A stretch of 64,000 nucleotides of DNA. Origin: a virus (taxonomy: Duplodnaviria; Caudoviricetes). Each line of letters starts with the position of its first letter. Position 1 is the stretch's first letter. The position numbers and the translations under genes are program-made. Shown one piece after another: positions 22,163 to 32,489 of the stretch. The stretch is taken from the IMG/VR virus record IMGVR_UViG_3300035497_000412; one strand, given 5' to 3'. The notes beneath the pieces were generated by a model that was not told the DNA's origin, searched no databases, and saw only the letters and a list, made by a program, of their open reading frames with translations.

Positions 22163-22549
22163 ATGGCACAGAACAAAGAACAAGAACTAATGGAAAAACT
22201 TGGATGTACTCTAGAAGAGGCCCAAGACATTATTAAAACAGATAGTGAAATTGACCACGGCAAAAGAGTTTATTTTGACCTATCCCCGGAACAAGAAAAA
22301 ATTGCAAAGAAGTTTATTAACTCCAGAGAACACCGTAAAAAGCCCATGACTTTTGATAACAAGCCAAGAGAGCGCAAAGCAAACGCCACAAAAGGGGGAT
22401 TAATCGCGGAAATCGCAACTTTTTTGGAACAAAACAGCCAATTTTCCATTGAAAACGTGGAAATTGTAAACAAAGAAAAGCTAATTACCTTTTCTATTGG
22501 CGGACAATCTTATAAACTTGACCTAATTCAGTCAAGAACTAAGAAATAA
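22163..22549 (+). CDS. Hypothetical protein
   Basis: Paralog of 18137..18493 in the same gene order. Confidence 0.7.
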   Translation: MAQNKEQELMEKLGCTLEEAQDIIKTDSEIDHGKRVYFDLSPEQEKIAKKFINSREHRKKPMTFDNKPRERKANATKGGLIAEIATFLEQNSQFSIENVEIVNKEKLITFSIGGQSYKLDLIQSRTKK

Positions 22550-22609
22550 TTGCGGTTTTGGCAGTTTTTTCCTTAAAAACTGCCAATTTTCTATGGAAAA
22601 GGTGATAAA

Positions 22610-22984
22610 ATGGACGAAATTTCAGCAACTATTAAGGCAAAGGCAAAGGGTAAAGAATTCTATTATGTCGGACACTACATTTCTAAAGAAGGAAAATATG
22701 TTTTAAAGCCCGGCACTACAAACGACCTAAAACGCCGACGACAGGAACACAATAGAGCCTATCACAAAACCCCAAATTTTCCCATGGATGATAAAAGCTC
22801 TTTTGAATACGATTGGTTTATTCCTCTTTCTAAATATAATACGCTGCGCGTAGAGGATAGAATGAAGGAGAAATTTCAAGCCGAAAGATTTGGAGTTTAT
22901 GTAAATAATGACCGCTTTGTCTTTGATGAAAAGCCCGAATTTGTGGAAATTACTGTAAAAAGAATTTATAAGATTGCCCTTTAA
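22610..22984 (+). CDS. GIY-YIG / T5orf172-like nuclease-domain protein
   Basis: FYYVG..KPGTTNDLKRRRQEH..LRVE. Confidence 0.55.
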   Translation: MDEISATIKAKAKGKEFYYVGHYISKEGKYVLKPGTTNDLKRRRQEHNRAYHKTPNFPMDDKSSFEYDWFIPLSKYNTLRVEDRMKEKFQAERFGVYVNNDRFVFDEKPEFVEITVKRIYKIAL

Positions 22985-23261
22985 CGAGGGCAATCTTTTT
23001 TTCGTCAAATTGCACAAATACAAAAATTAGGGTGAAAATTTGTGCAATTTACCTATTGACTTTTTGGGCCGGGCGTAGACTGATGTCACGCCCGGAATTT
23101 TCATTATACCACTGGCCCCGCATTTTGTCAATAGGCAATTTGCACAAAAATTTTTTTATTTAAAATCCCGATTTGTGCATTTCAACGAAGAAAAAAACTA
23201 TTGACATTCTATGAAGACTGTGATATACTTTAGGTAGAGTAAAGGAAAGGAGATATCAAAA

Positions 23262-23600
23262 ATGATGATGTCACTACTTGGTTTTATTATTGTTGCGATT
23301 CTTATGTCTATTACCGGAGGGGCTTTTATCTCTATGATTATTCTTGCTAATACTAAGATTAGCGGTTGGAAAGAAGTGGTTATAGGTATTATCTTATCTA
23401 TAGCTATTGGATGTGCTATTTCTGGAATGTTTGTTCTTGGAACAAAGATAAATGCAGATTCTTGGAATAATGGTAATTGCTATAATTGTAATACCCAATG
23501 GGAATTAGTAAACGTTCAGAAAATGCGTAGCACTACACATTATTATTACAGCTGTCCAAATTGTGGTGAAGTTATTGATTTAACTCAAAAACCTTATTGA
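23262..23600 (+). CDS. Membrane protein with C-terminal zinc ribbon
   Basis: Two TM segments, CYNC..CPNCG. Confidence 0.65.
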   Translation: MMMSLLGFIIVAILMSITGGAFISMIILANTKISGWKEVVIGIILSIAIGCAISGMFVLGTKINADSWNNGNCYNCNTQWELVNVQKMRSTTHYYYSCPNCGEVIDLTQKPY

Positions 23601-23657
23601 CAAATGACTTAAACCATGTTACAATAATTACAGAAGTGAAGAAAGAGGTTGATTCTA

Positions 23658-23993
23658 ATGTTTGAAGTGTCTTGGTCTGGTGGGTATCCAAGTCTTTGCT
23701 GTGGCGAATGGACAATTATTAAAAATGGAGTAGATGTGTCTGATAAAATTCCTAAAGCATACCGTCATGACAGTATGAATACTTGGGGACTTTATCAACG
23801 CTGGTGTATCAATATGGGAGATTGGGAGGAATACGAAGAAACTTATGAAGATGGGCTGGAAGAAAAAGAATGGATTACGTGTAACAGGAATTGGATTAAA
23901 GAATTTTGTGATAACGAGGAAGAAATGATTGAATTGTATTGGGCGATTTCGCAAGAAGATTGGAGAGGTGGTTCTTGTGGAGGGTGCATTTGA
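23658..23993 (+). CDS. Hypothetical protein
   Basis: YPSLCCG..GSCGGCI terminal motif. Confidence 0.65.
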   Translation: MFEVSWSGGYPSLCCGEWTIIKNGVDVSDKIPKAYRHDSMNTWGLYQRWCINMGDWEEYEETYEDGLEEKEWITCNRNWIKEFCDNEEEMIELYWAISQEDWRGGSCGGCI

Positions 23994-24114
23994 AAAAAAT
24001 CTCTTTAAATTTGAGAAAAGTCTTGACAACCATTAGATTCTATGTTATAATAATTACAGAAGTTAAGGGAACGATGGTAAACCCTTAATAATAAAAGAAA
24101 GGAATTGATAATTT

Positions 24115-24375
24115 ATGAACGTTGAAGAACTTGTTAGCGCACTTATTGCTATTGCAGAGGAAAAAGAACAGGACGAAGAAAAAGAACGAGAAGAAGCCGA
24201 ACGTAAAGACTGGAATGAATTAGTACAAGCCATGGAAAAATATCTTAACAGTTGGGGAAATATTTTAATTCAAGATATTGACACTGGGGTAATAATGGAT
24301 GAATTTTTAATTGAATCTTATGGTGAGAATGTAGAAGAACCTGGAATTATTAAAGTTTGGAATCCTAAACGCTAA
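24115..24375 (+). CDS. Hypothetical acidic protein
   Basis: SD AAAGGAATTGAT. Confidence 0.65.
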   Translation: MNVEELVSALIAIAEEKEQDEEKEREEAERKDWNELVQAMEKYLNSWGNILIQDIDTGVIMDEFLIESYGENVEEPGIIKVWNPKR

Positions 24376-24414
24376 AAAAAAAAGAATTTTTAAATAGAAA
24401 GGAATTGATAATTT

Positions 24415-24624
24415 ATGTGGGCTTTACTTAGTTGGGTTGATGGTTTTGGTGCTGATACATGGGTAAGGGGAATTTTTCCAACGAGAGAAGAAGCTGAATC
24501 TCATGCAGAGGAAAGCGATGGTTTAAAAGAATTTGATTTTGGTTTAGTTAATTTTGATATTTATCATTGTGAAAGAATTGGAAAAGCATGGTGGGAAGAG
24601 GAAGAAGAGGAGGAAGAAGCATAA
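24415..24624 (+). CDS. Hypothetical acidic protein
   Basis: SD AAAGGAATTGAT. Confidence 0.6.
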   Translation: MWALLSWVDGFGADTWVRGIFPTREEAESHAEESDGLKEFDFGLVNFDIYHCERIGKAWWEEEEEEEEA

Positions 24625-24725
24625 AAAAAATAAAACTTTATCTTGACAAATTCTCCTCTTGGTGCTATAATAATAACATCAAGAGGGGAAGAACCCCAAA
24701 AGAAAAATGAAAGGAATTGATAAAA

Positions 24726-24932
24726 ATGACGGCTTGGGAATTGAATATTGAGGGTGAAACAACTCTTGTTGAGACAAGAGAAATGGCTTTTGATACTTTA
24801 ATGAAAATCCAAAGATGGTTGTTTGAAACGCATGATACTTTTTATGATGCCGTAGATATTACAATTAGAGAAATTGAAATTTTTTCTAACGCAGAAGCCG
24901 CTTATAAAAATTTTTGTGGAGTAGGAGATTGA
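24726..24932 (+). CDS. Hypothetical protein
   Basis: Promoter and SD. Confidence 0.6.
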   Translation: MTAWELNIEGETTLVETREMAFDTLMKIQRWLFETHDTFYDAVDITIREIEIFSNAEAAYKNFCGVGD

Positions 24933-27132
24933 TAAAAAAAGGAGGCTAATTGCGGCCTCCTTTCTTTTTTACCAAAAATCTTATAAAATTTTTGTGCAAT
25001 TTGACTATTGACAAATGACTAGAAAGGTGGTATAATTGCGCCGGCCCTTGACTAGCGTGCGGGCCGGAAATTCCATTATACCACAGCTTCAGAAAAAAGT
25101 CAATTGGCAATTTATACAAAACTTTGTTTTTAAAAAATCCTAAAATTGTGGAATTTGACTATTGACATTGGGACTGGACTATGGTATACTAGAAGGGGTA
25201 CTAGACTCGCCGGTCCGAGCACCAGTGCGCTGGACCGATCTTCTATCCAAACCCCCATATGCGAATTTTTTGCTCAATCTAGGACCATATGCCATTTTTT
25301 TCCTCAATCCCGAAAACCCGATCGGTTCTTCCAATATTTTCCCAACTTTTCTCCCTCCACTCCGCCCAGCCCAACCGATCGGCCCTCATATGAAAAAATT
25401 CTGCTCAATCTAGGCTTTCTCTCCGACTTCCCTTGCTCTTCGCTAGCTAAGCTAGGACTAGCTAGAACCCTAATCATTTTGATTTTGCGAACAACTTTCC
25501 AATCTCAAGATTTTTTCAACAAAAATCGTGGCAAATTTACTTGACTTTTTATAATATATATGTTATAATTAAAAAAAAGAAAAAATTACCGATCGGCCCC
25601 TAAAACACACTTACCCTCTTTCCAAACTTCCGATCGGGTACCAGACTTCTTTCCTTTCCAAAAGGTAGAATAAAAAGGAAAATTATGGAAAGCCGCAACC
25701 CTCTTCTCCCGCTCGGCTTCCTGTTCTTTTTTCTTCTGGAATAGTCGATTCCAAAAGGCCAACAAAAAAAAAGAAGACAACAGTACTCTTGCGGCAACCC
25801 CATTTTACCGATCGGCACAAGACCTTTCTCATCCTTTCAAAAATAAGGAGAAAAAATTTCAGACGCCGTTTGAAAATATGGCACCTGGGCTAAGCTAGAA
25901 TTAGCTGTAGGCTAATTGCTTTATCTTTTCCGAACACGAATCCATTTTAAAATTTTACGAGGCAAATTCACCTCAATTCTATATAAAAACACCGATCGGC
26001 CCCTAATCGCGCCCAATTATATTGACAATTATATAAAAATATATTATAATATATATAGAAAATAAGAAAAGGAATTGATCCAAATGGAGAAAGAATCAGA
26101 GGGCTAGATTTTGATGTCCACCGCAACTTGAGTCACAGAAATTAATGAAGGCTTCACTTATAAAGATAAAAACGCGGCATACAAATCTCTGGACATTATT
26201 CAATAGTCTATCTTAGATTTTATCCATTTAATGGAAAACCGCGGCCCAATCAATTTCCTTTATATGAACCTTGAAAATTTTACATGGCCTCCCGCAGAAT
26301 CCCAGTGTACGAACATCTGCAAAATACCATTATTTGGGAATAAGCTAAAATCGTTTAAAATTAGCTTCGAAAATTTCAGGTAAAATACTAAAATCGACTT
26401 CTTGTCCATGAGAGAAAAAGTTTTAGTCGTAGAAGCTTCAATTTTATGGTTTTCACAATAAATTTTTTTGAACCTCTCTTCTCAAAATTTTCTGTCCCAA
26501 GAGCATAAGAGAAAAAAGGAGAAATGGGGGGCGGCAGCTCGTCTCGGAGATCGCATTAACGAAAAAATTTTTGTCTCTTTGGACAAATGTGAAAATTTAC
26601 TAGAGAAGTATTTTTATACATAATAGAAAGTAACAAGCGGGGGGGGTCTAGGCGCTTCGCGCCACCTTACTAAAGCAAGTTGATAGGATTTATATATAGG
26701 ATATATAATGAGCGAAGCGAATTATATATCCTATATATAAATCCTTAATAGGAAATGGGAATAAAATCTCGTAGGGGTTTTGGCGCCAAAAGGCAAAGGA
26801 TTTTCGGATGAAATTTTCAAACGTTCCTTGCCGATTTTTCAAATGAGATTTTATATTGGGTCCCATACCCCATTTTCCAAAAGAGAAAAGAAGAAAGATT
26901 AATTGCGCCCGGCCGCAAACTACTTTTCCAAAACTAGGAAGTAACCCGCTCAAATTTCCCTTCTCTCTCTCCTTTTGGAGGGAGAATTTTTTTTTATTAA
27001 GATTTTGTCCCTAATTTTATATACTTTTAGGGACAAAAAATTTTTTACTAAAATTTGTCCCTACAAAAAATTTTTTAATCATTAGGACAAAATTTGTTCA
27101 CCCATTATTTTTAAAATTTATATATAGTGAGG

Positions 27133-27280
27133 AGATGAAACTAAAGATTGTCAAATTAAAATTAGAATAACCGTAGAACAAAAAGATAAAATAATCTAGT
27201 TATTGTGAATAGCACAATACTAAAGTAAGTAAATTTATTAAAACCGCTCGTGAAAGAGCTATGAATGAGGAGAATAAATA
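27133..27280 (+). pseudogene. Frameshifted copy of the small RHH-like gene at 28134
   Basis: KDCQIKIRITVEQKDKII then a 1-nt frame change before YCE. Confidence 0.55.
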
Positions 27281-27285
27281 AATAA

Positions 27286-27456
27286 ATGAAAAATGATTTT
27301 GTAGTATATACTAAAAGATTAGCCAATAAGTTACATGAAGAAGGTTTTAGAATTATTGGTACTGGAATCGATAATAAAAAGCCTTGGTTTAATGTATATT
27401 ATTTTGAAGACACCCCTCAACTAAGAGAAGCTGTTCAACGGTTAAGTAAAAAGTAA
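27286..27456 (+). CDS. Small protein, DUF5659-like (cassette 1)
   Basis: MKNDFVVYTKRLANKLHEEGF..KPWFNVYYFEDTPQL; 56 aa, below the ORF-track cutoff. Confidence 0.65.
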   Translation: MKNDFVVYTKRLANKLHEEGFRIIGTGIDNKKPWFNVYYFEDTPQLREAVQRLSKK

Positions 27457-27493
27457 AAACTAAAAGACAGATAAACGGAGGTAGAAATACAAA

Positions 27494-28030
27494 ATGGGCA
27501 ATTATCAACAAGCCCCAAAATTATACTATAATAAATCAGAAAAAGAAAAAGGCAAAGAAAAAGGATTTACTTATAGAAGTATAGATTTTGAAAAGGCTTT
27601 AATGAATGGATGCAGCAACTTAGCAGAATTAAAATATATGCTATTCTTAACTGGAAATATTGGAGATGGTTCTTTTAGGGTTTCAGAAGCTACCTTAAAA
27701 GAAAGAACAGGTTTAAGCAACAGCTCCATTTCTAGAGCTAGGAAGTCTCTAGAAGCAAAAGGATGGATTACTTGCGTTGAAGGAGTAAGTATTACTGTTA
27801 ATTGTGCTGCGATTTTGGGTAGTCAAGTTGATACCCCATCAAATATGGGTAATCAGGTTGACACCCCACAGGGTAGTCAAGTTGATACCCCAGAGGGGTG
27901 TCAGGTTGACACCCATAATAATATAATAAATATACCAATAAATAAGAATAATTTGAATCCTCCTTCGGAGTCTTCAAATTATTCTAGAACCGCGCCCCCA
28001 GAAGAAGAGAAATCAGTATTCATATTTTGA
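27494..28030 (+). CDS. HTH replication-initiator-like protein with four intragenic palindromic repeats (cassette 1)
   Basis: SEATLKERTGLSNSSISRARKSLEAKGWI; GSQVDTP x4. Confidence 0.7.
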   Translation: MGNYQQAPKLYYNKSEKEKGKEKGFTYRSIDFEKALMNGCSNLAELKYMLFLTGNIGDGSFRVSEATLKERTGLSNSSISRARKSLEAKGWITCVEGVSITVNCAAILGSQVDTPSNMGNQVDTPQGSQVDTPEGCQVDTHNNIINIPINKNNLNPPSESSNYSRTAPPEEEKSVFIF

Positions 28031-28059
28031 AAAGATAGGGTAGTCAACTTGACTACCCT
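27817..28059. repeat. Iteron-like GGGTAGTCAAGTTGATACCC repeats plus downstream perfect palindrome
   Basis: Copies at 27817, 27847, 27871, 27896; AGGGTAGTCAA-C-TTGACTACCCT at 28037-28059. Confidence 0.85.
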
Positions 28060-28133
28060 TAAAAGCCGATCGGCCGCAAACTCTTCTCTCTTACTTTTGG
28101 AATAAAAAATTTTTTAAAGGAGATAAAAATTAA

Positions 28134-28283
28134 ATGAAAGAAAATAAAGATTGTCAAATTAAATTTAGACTGACCGCAGAACAAAAGGATAAAATTACCG
28201 AATATTGCAAAAAGCATGATATTAAAATTAGTGAATTTATTAGAAGCGCTTGTGAAAAAATTATGGACCAAGAGAAGCATTAA
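28134..28283 (+). CDS. Small ribbon-helix-helix-like protein (cassette 2)
   Basis: MKENKDCQIKFRLTAEQKDKITEYCKKHDIKISEFIRSACEK. Confidence 0.65.
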   Translation: MKENKDCQIKFRLTAEQKDKITEYCKKHDIKISEFIRSACEKIMDQEKH

Positions 28284-28340
28284 CCCATTACTTCTACTTT
28301 TGGAATGAAAAATCTATTTGTCAAAGGAGTCAAAAATCAG

Positions 28341-28511
28341 ATGAAAGAAAAAATTGTTTATATGCCTTGGATTGCTTGTGAATTAAGAAGACGAGGCTTC
28401 CCTATCGTTAGAGTTGAAGTGAATCCGCATAAGCCTTAGTTTGATTGCTATGTTTTTGAAGCAACTGAAGAGTTTCTTGCGGCATTCACTAATATTGCCA
28501 ATAAAAACTAA
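28341..28511 (+). CDS. Small protein, DUF5659-like (cassette 2), one TAG
   Basis: MKEKIVYMPWIACELRRRGF..NPHKP[Q]FDCYVFE; same length as the cassette 1 copy. Confidence 0.65.
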
Positions 28512-28532
28512 TCAGGAGGTTTTCAGTATATT

Positions 28533-29045
28533 ATGTCAGATCATCAGAATGGTAGAAAAGCGCCGTAGTTAAAATTTGATGTTGCAAAAGATAATGGAAA
28601 TAATTATTATGAAATTCCACAAAAAACTGCGGATATTGTTTTTAAAAAATTAGGAAATAGTTCAGCCCAATTAAGAATTATGCTAGTCCTCATTGGGACT
28701 AAACCAGGCTTTGCTATTAGTGAGCAATGGATATTGGAAAGAACTGGATTAAAACACGCTTCTTATATTAATGCAAGAAGAGATCTTTGCGAAATGGGTT
28801 GGCTTACATTAGACCCATCTAAAACTATTACAGTTAATTTTTCCGTAATACATGGAGAAAAAGGTAATACCACATTACCTAAAGAAAAATCATCAAATGA
28901 AAAAGGTAATACCACATTACCTAAGATAGGTAATACCACATTACCTAAGATAGGTAATACCACATTACCTATAATAAATAATAATACAACAGATAAAATA
29001 ATAGATAATAGAGAGCCGGAATCTGCGTCAATATTTGTATTCTGA
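28533..29045 (+). CDS. HTH replication-initiator-like protein with four intragenic palindromic repeats (cassette 2), one TAG
   Basis: SD GGAGG, ATG 28533 in frame with 28680; SEQWILERTGLKHASYINARRDLCEMGWL; GNTTLP x4. Confidence 0.7.
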
Positions 29046-29137
29046 ATCATAAGAAAAAGAAGAATTAAGATAAACAAAAAGAATCTATTGAAGATTGCGC
29101 TTTTGGAATATAATAGGTAATGTCATATTACCTATTA
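28862..29137. repeat. Iteron-like AGGTAAT-ACCAC-ATTACCT repeats plus downstream palindrome
   Basis: Four copies in 28862-28970; TAATAGGTAAT-GTCAT-ATTACCTATTA at 29111-29137. Confidence 0.85.
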
Positions 29138-29376
29138 TAAGAGGGTAAGGATGACGATGACGTAGAAAAAAATGTCATCATACCACATAAACCGATCGGC
29201 AGATCTCATTTTCTATTTCCCCATATTATTCTAACAATTTTTCTTTGAAATTTTATATTATCCCAATAATAGCTCCTCTCTTCTTAAATATTTAACTCCC
29301 TCCCCTATCTCCTTTCTTGACTTTTATATAAAATTTTATTATAATATACTTACAAAAAACAAGAAAGGATCATCCC

Positions 29377-29688
29377 ATGATTATCAACACAACTTCCCTT
29401 TACGAACTAGTCCAAAATGGCGCAACTCGAGACGAGCTACAAAACCTTTTCCAAGAAAACCTTGAAGACGCCTTTTGGCGCAAGCGCATTGAAACAAACG
29501 CTTCTAATAGAGACGAAGATGGAGAGCGTCTTTTCAATAATATCTCAGTCTTCATCAATAAATACTACCCAGAGGCTAGAGAAATTATTTCTACTCAAAA
29601 TCCAGAAAACTTTACTAAAACCCTCGACCTACTTCTTCCTCTAATTATAGAATTTTTAGAAAGGTTGCGGGAAGTAAAAAATCTGTAA
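29377..29688 (+). CDS. Hypothetical protein
   Basis: Promoter, SD; N-terminus resembles 30252..30605. Confidence 0.6.
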   Translation: MIINTTSLYELVQNGATRDELQNLFQENLEDAFWRKRIETNASNRDEDGERLFNNISVFINKYYPEAREIISTQNPENFTKTLDLLLPLIIEFLERLREVKNL

Positions 29689-29950
29689 TAAAATTTCTTG
29701 GACATTAACTATTAATGACACAAAAAGAAAGCTCTATATATATTGGATATAGTAATTTTATTCAAAATCTGTAAAATATACCCAAATTTTGTTTTTTATT
29801 ACAAATATCCGTTAAAAATTAAAATTTTTAACCTTCTTTCTTTTTAGGACTCCCCTGAAGCCAACCTCCTCCCTCTTCAGGAGAGTCCTAATTTTTTTAT
29901 CTCTTTCAATTTTTCTAAAATTTTATAATAAAAAAAAAAGGAGAACCCCC

Positions 29951-30193
29951 ATGACAGCACTTATTCAACTAGAATGGTCCTTTCCAAATGGAACGGAAAT
30001 TTTTTACAGCTACATGGCCATAAATAACGTGAAGAATCGCGCAGAAGCTGTTTCGACTGTAGAAAATACCTATTCTAAAGATATGAATATAATTTCCATC
30101 AAAGCCTATCTTATCTCTTATGAATTTTGCCCTCTTACCAAAGACATTTTCGCAGAAATTCTATCAAGGGCCGCAATTAAAGATTTCTCTTGA
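29951..30193 (+). CDS. Hypothetical protein
   Basis: SD AAGGAG; resembles 30673..30903. Confidence 0.55.
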   Translation: MTALIQLEWSFPNGTEIFYSYMAINNVKNRAEAVSTVENTYSKDMNIISIKAYLISYEFCPLTKDIFAEILSRAAIKDFS

Positions 30194-30251
30194 CTTTTAC
30201 AAAAAAATATTATATAATATACTTACAAAAATAAGAAAGAAGGAAACATAT

Positions 30252-30605
30252 ATGTTTGACATTCTACAGGCTCTCAAGGATGGACAGTCCGCCGATGATA
30301 TCGCAGCCTCTTTCACTACTGCGCTGAATGAAGCCATTAGTACTTACAATAAGGAACAGGAAGAGACTCAAAAGAAGACCCAAAAGCTTCTGGAAAAGAA
30401 TGAAGCCGCTTGGAAGATTTATACTTCTATCATCAACTACTATGAAACCTATTATCCAAATTATGGTATCACTACAGCTGAGTATGTTGACAAGATTGAT
30501 AAGGATTCCTTGACAAAGATTGTAATCTCTACTCTAGAAATTCCATCTTTTGACGATATCCTAAAGCTTGACGATATCCTAGAGCTTTTTGAGAAGGTCT
30601 TTTGA
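30252..30605 (+). CDS. Hypothetical protein
   Basis: Promoter, SD, terminator. Confidence 0.65.
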   Translation: MFDILQALKDGQSADDIAASFTTALNEAISTYNKEQEETQKKTQKLLEKNEAAWKIYTSIINYYETYYPNYGITTAEYVDKIDKDSLTKIVISTLEIPSFDDILKLDDILELFEKVF

Positions 30606-30672
30606 CCTTCTCTTTTTTTTTGAAAATATAAAAAAATATGGTATAATAAAAGAAAAAAGGAGATAAATTTTT

Positions 30673-30903
30673 ATGAAAGAACGCTTTACTGCCATTTGCG
30701 CAATTACCTTTTTTGACCCCGATGCAAATACCGCAAAGGAATACATTGTCCTTACCAACGTCGGTTCATTCCAAGAAGCAATGGAACAGATTGAAGAATA
30801 TTATGGCAATGACCTTGCCGCAGTAAACATTACACTAGCTCCCGATCGTTTTTATAACATTACCAAGGAGCAATACAATACTATTATTGATGCAACTATT
30901 TAA
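30673..30903 (+). CDS. Hypothetical protein
   Basis: SD AAGGAG. Confidence 0.6.
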   Translation: MKERFTAICAITFFDPDANTAKEYIVLTNVGSFQEAMEQIEEYYGNDLAAVNITLAPDRFYNITKEQYNTIIDATI

Positions 30904-31509
30904 GTCCTAAATCCCCATTTGGACTCTTTATACTAATATTATAGAATATTTTTTTAGAAAAATCAACTAAAGGAGAAAATTATTATTCTTAGCTTTAATT
31001 TACTAAAACAAAAGGAGATAAAATGGGCTTAATTCTTGCTATTGGACTTGTGATTTGCCTAATGGTAAATATTTACTTTTGCGCTATTGGAACTCAAAGC
31101 TCTTGGTCTTCTACCCTATTTTTTGCTGTTGCTCTAATAGTAGAATGCGGACGCCAATTTTTTACAAAAAAGTAAAATTTTATACTTTTAAAGATAGCTT
31201 TTTCTAAAGCTATCTTTTTTTTTGATTTTTTATAAAAATAATTATATAATATATATAACAAAAGATAAAGAAAGGAAGTAACAATTATGAAGTGGTATGA
31301 AGCAGCTAAATATCTTGAGGAAACATATGATACAGTGGTTGATTACGATCAAGAGTATTTCATTTGCCCAGAATGTCAAGAGCCTATCTATTTTGATGAC
31401 TATCCAGAGGTCCCCGATGAGTATTGTCCCATCTGCGAATGCCCATGGTGATTTTTATACTTAGCAGATATCGTTCCAATTCAAGATAATTAATTTATGA
31501 TAAAAGGAG

Positions 31510-31992
31510 TTGATATCTATAATTGCTAAAATTATTGTTATTATCTTTATCGCTATGAACGCATATGCAATTTACAGAACAATCAAAAGCAATAAAAAGA
31601 AAAATGATAGCTTTGACGGTATTGTATTGACATATGAAGACTTCTTAAATTTTTATTCACTAAATCCTAACCGATGGCATTTGGAACCATATAATGTTAC
31701 AGTTATTAAAACTATGAATCCTTATGGTATTGGGAATGTATACTACCATGTAAAATTTAAAACCGCTATAGACGCCGCGAGATATAGGAAATTTTACTCT
31801 AATAAGGAAGAAAGAGATAGACAAATTGAACGGAACAAAAAGAATGCGGCCTTCCTAAATTTAATGCAAGAAGATATCAATGCCGCAAGAAAGCGAGCTA
31901 GCGAAGAAATCGCAACTGCTGCTACTATTAGCGAAAGACTAATCAAAGAAACAATTGACCAGCAAATTAATAATGCGCTTAGTCGTTTATAA
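31510..31992 (+). CDS. Membrane-anchored hypothetical protein
   Basis: N-terminal TM; FLNFYSLNPNRW motif resembles next gene. Confidence 0.6.
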   Translation: MISIIAKIIVIIFIAMNAYAIYRTIKSNKKKNDSFDGIVLTYEDFLNFYSLNPNRWHLEPYNVTVIKTMNPYGIGNVYYHVKFKTAIDAARYRKFYSNKEERDRQIERNKKNAAFLNLMQEDINAARKRASEEIATAATISERLIKETIDQQINNALSRL

Positions 31993-32008
31993 AAGGAAGT
32001 GTAATGAA

Positions 32009-32395
32009 ATGTCGATAATCCATATATTAGTATTTACCTTAAAATTAGCTGCTATATTCATTATTCCTTTAATTTGTATATATATTAGTTTTATTCTTGA
32101 TTACATCGTAGATGATTATAAAGCTAATTATCGTTATAATCATTACGATGATAAACCTATCTATATATCTTTTGGAAAATTTTTGAAATTTTATAATAAG
32201 CATCCAGACAAATGCCACTGCTATTTATATAACGTATATATAAAAGAAAAACGTTTTAAATATGTTGTTTTTTTTAAATCTAATCTTAGCATCTTACTAT
32301 ATTATGAATGGTATAGCATAAAACACCCTCATCTAAAAGAAAAAAAAGTAGAAAGACCAAATTATACTAAAGAATTTTTAAATAAGTTTAAATAA
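32009..32395 (+). CDS. Membrane-anchored hypothetical protein
   Basis: N-terminal TM; FLKFYNKHPDK. Confidence 0.55.
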   Translation: MSIIHILVFTLKLAAIFIIPLICIYISFILDYIVDDYKANYRYNHYDDKPIYISFGKFLKFYNKHPDKCHCYLYNVYIKEKRFKYVVFFKSNLSILLYYEWYSIKHPHLKEKKVERPNYTKEFLNKFK

Positions 32396-32489
32396 CAAAA
32401 AGCTCTCTTATATCATTATAAGAGAGCTTTTTTGATTTTTATATATAAATATTGTATAATATTTATAGAAACTTAAAGGAGTGGTAGAT

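Larger units (their letters stand above)
14368..25067. repeat. Six 27-bp GC-rich inverted repeats, CCGGSCGC-N11-GCGSCCGG
   Basis: 14368-14394, 15573-15599, 18763-18789, 21160-21186, 23069-23095, 25041-25067; compensatory arm changes. Confidence 0.85.

Noticed and set aside
26084-26383. TGA recoding in an ORF with an internal TGA
   Set aside because: Single case; TGA ends many other genes, so a pseudogene is more likely
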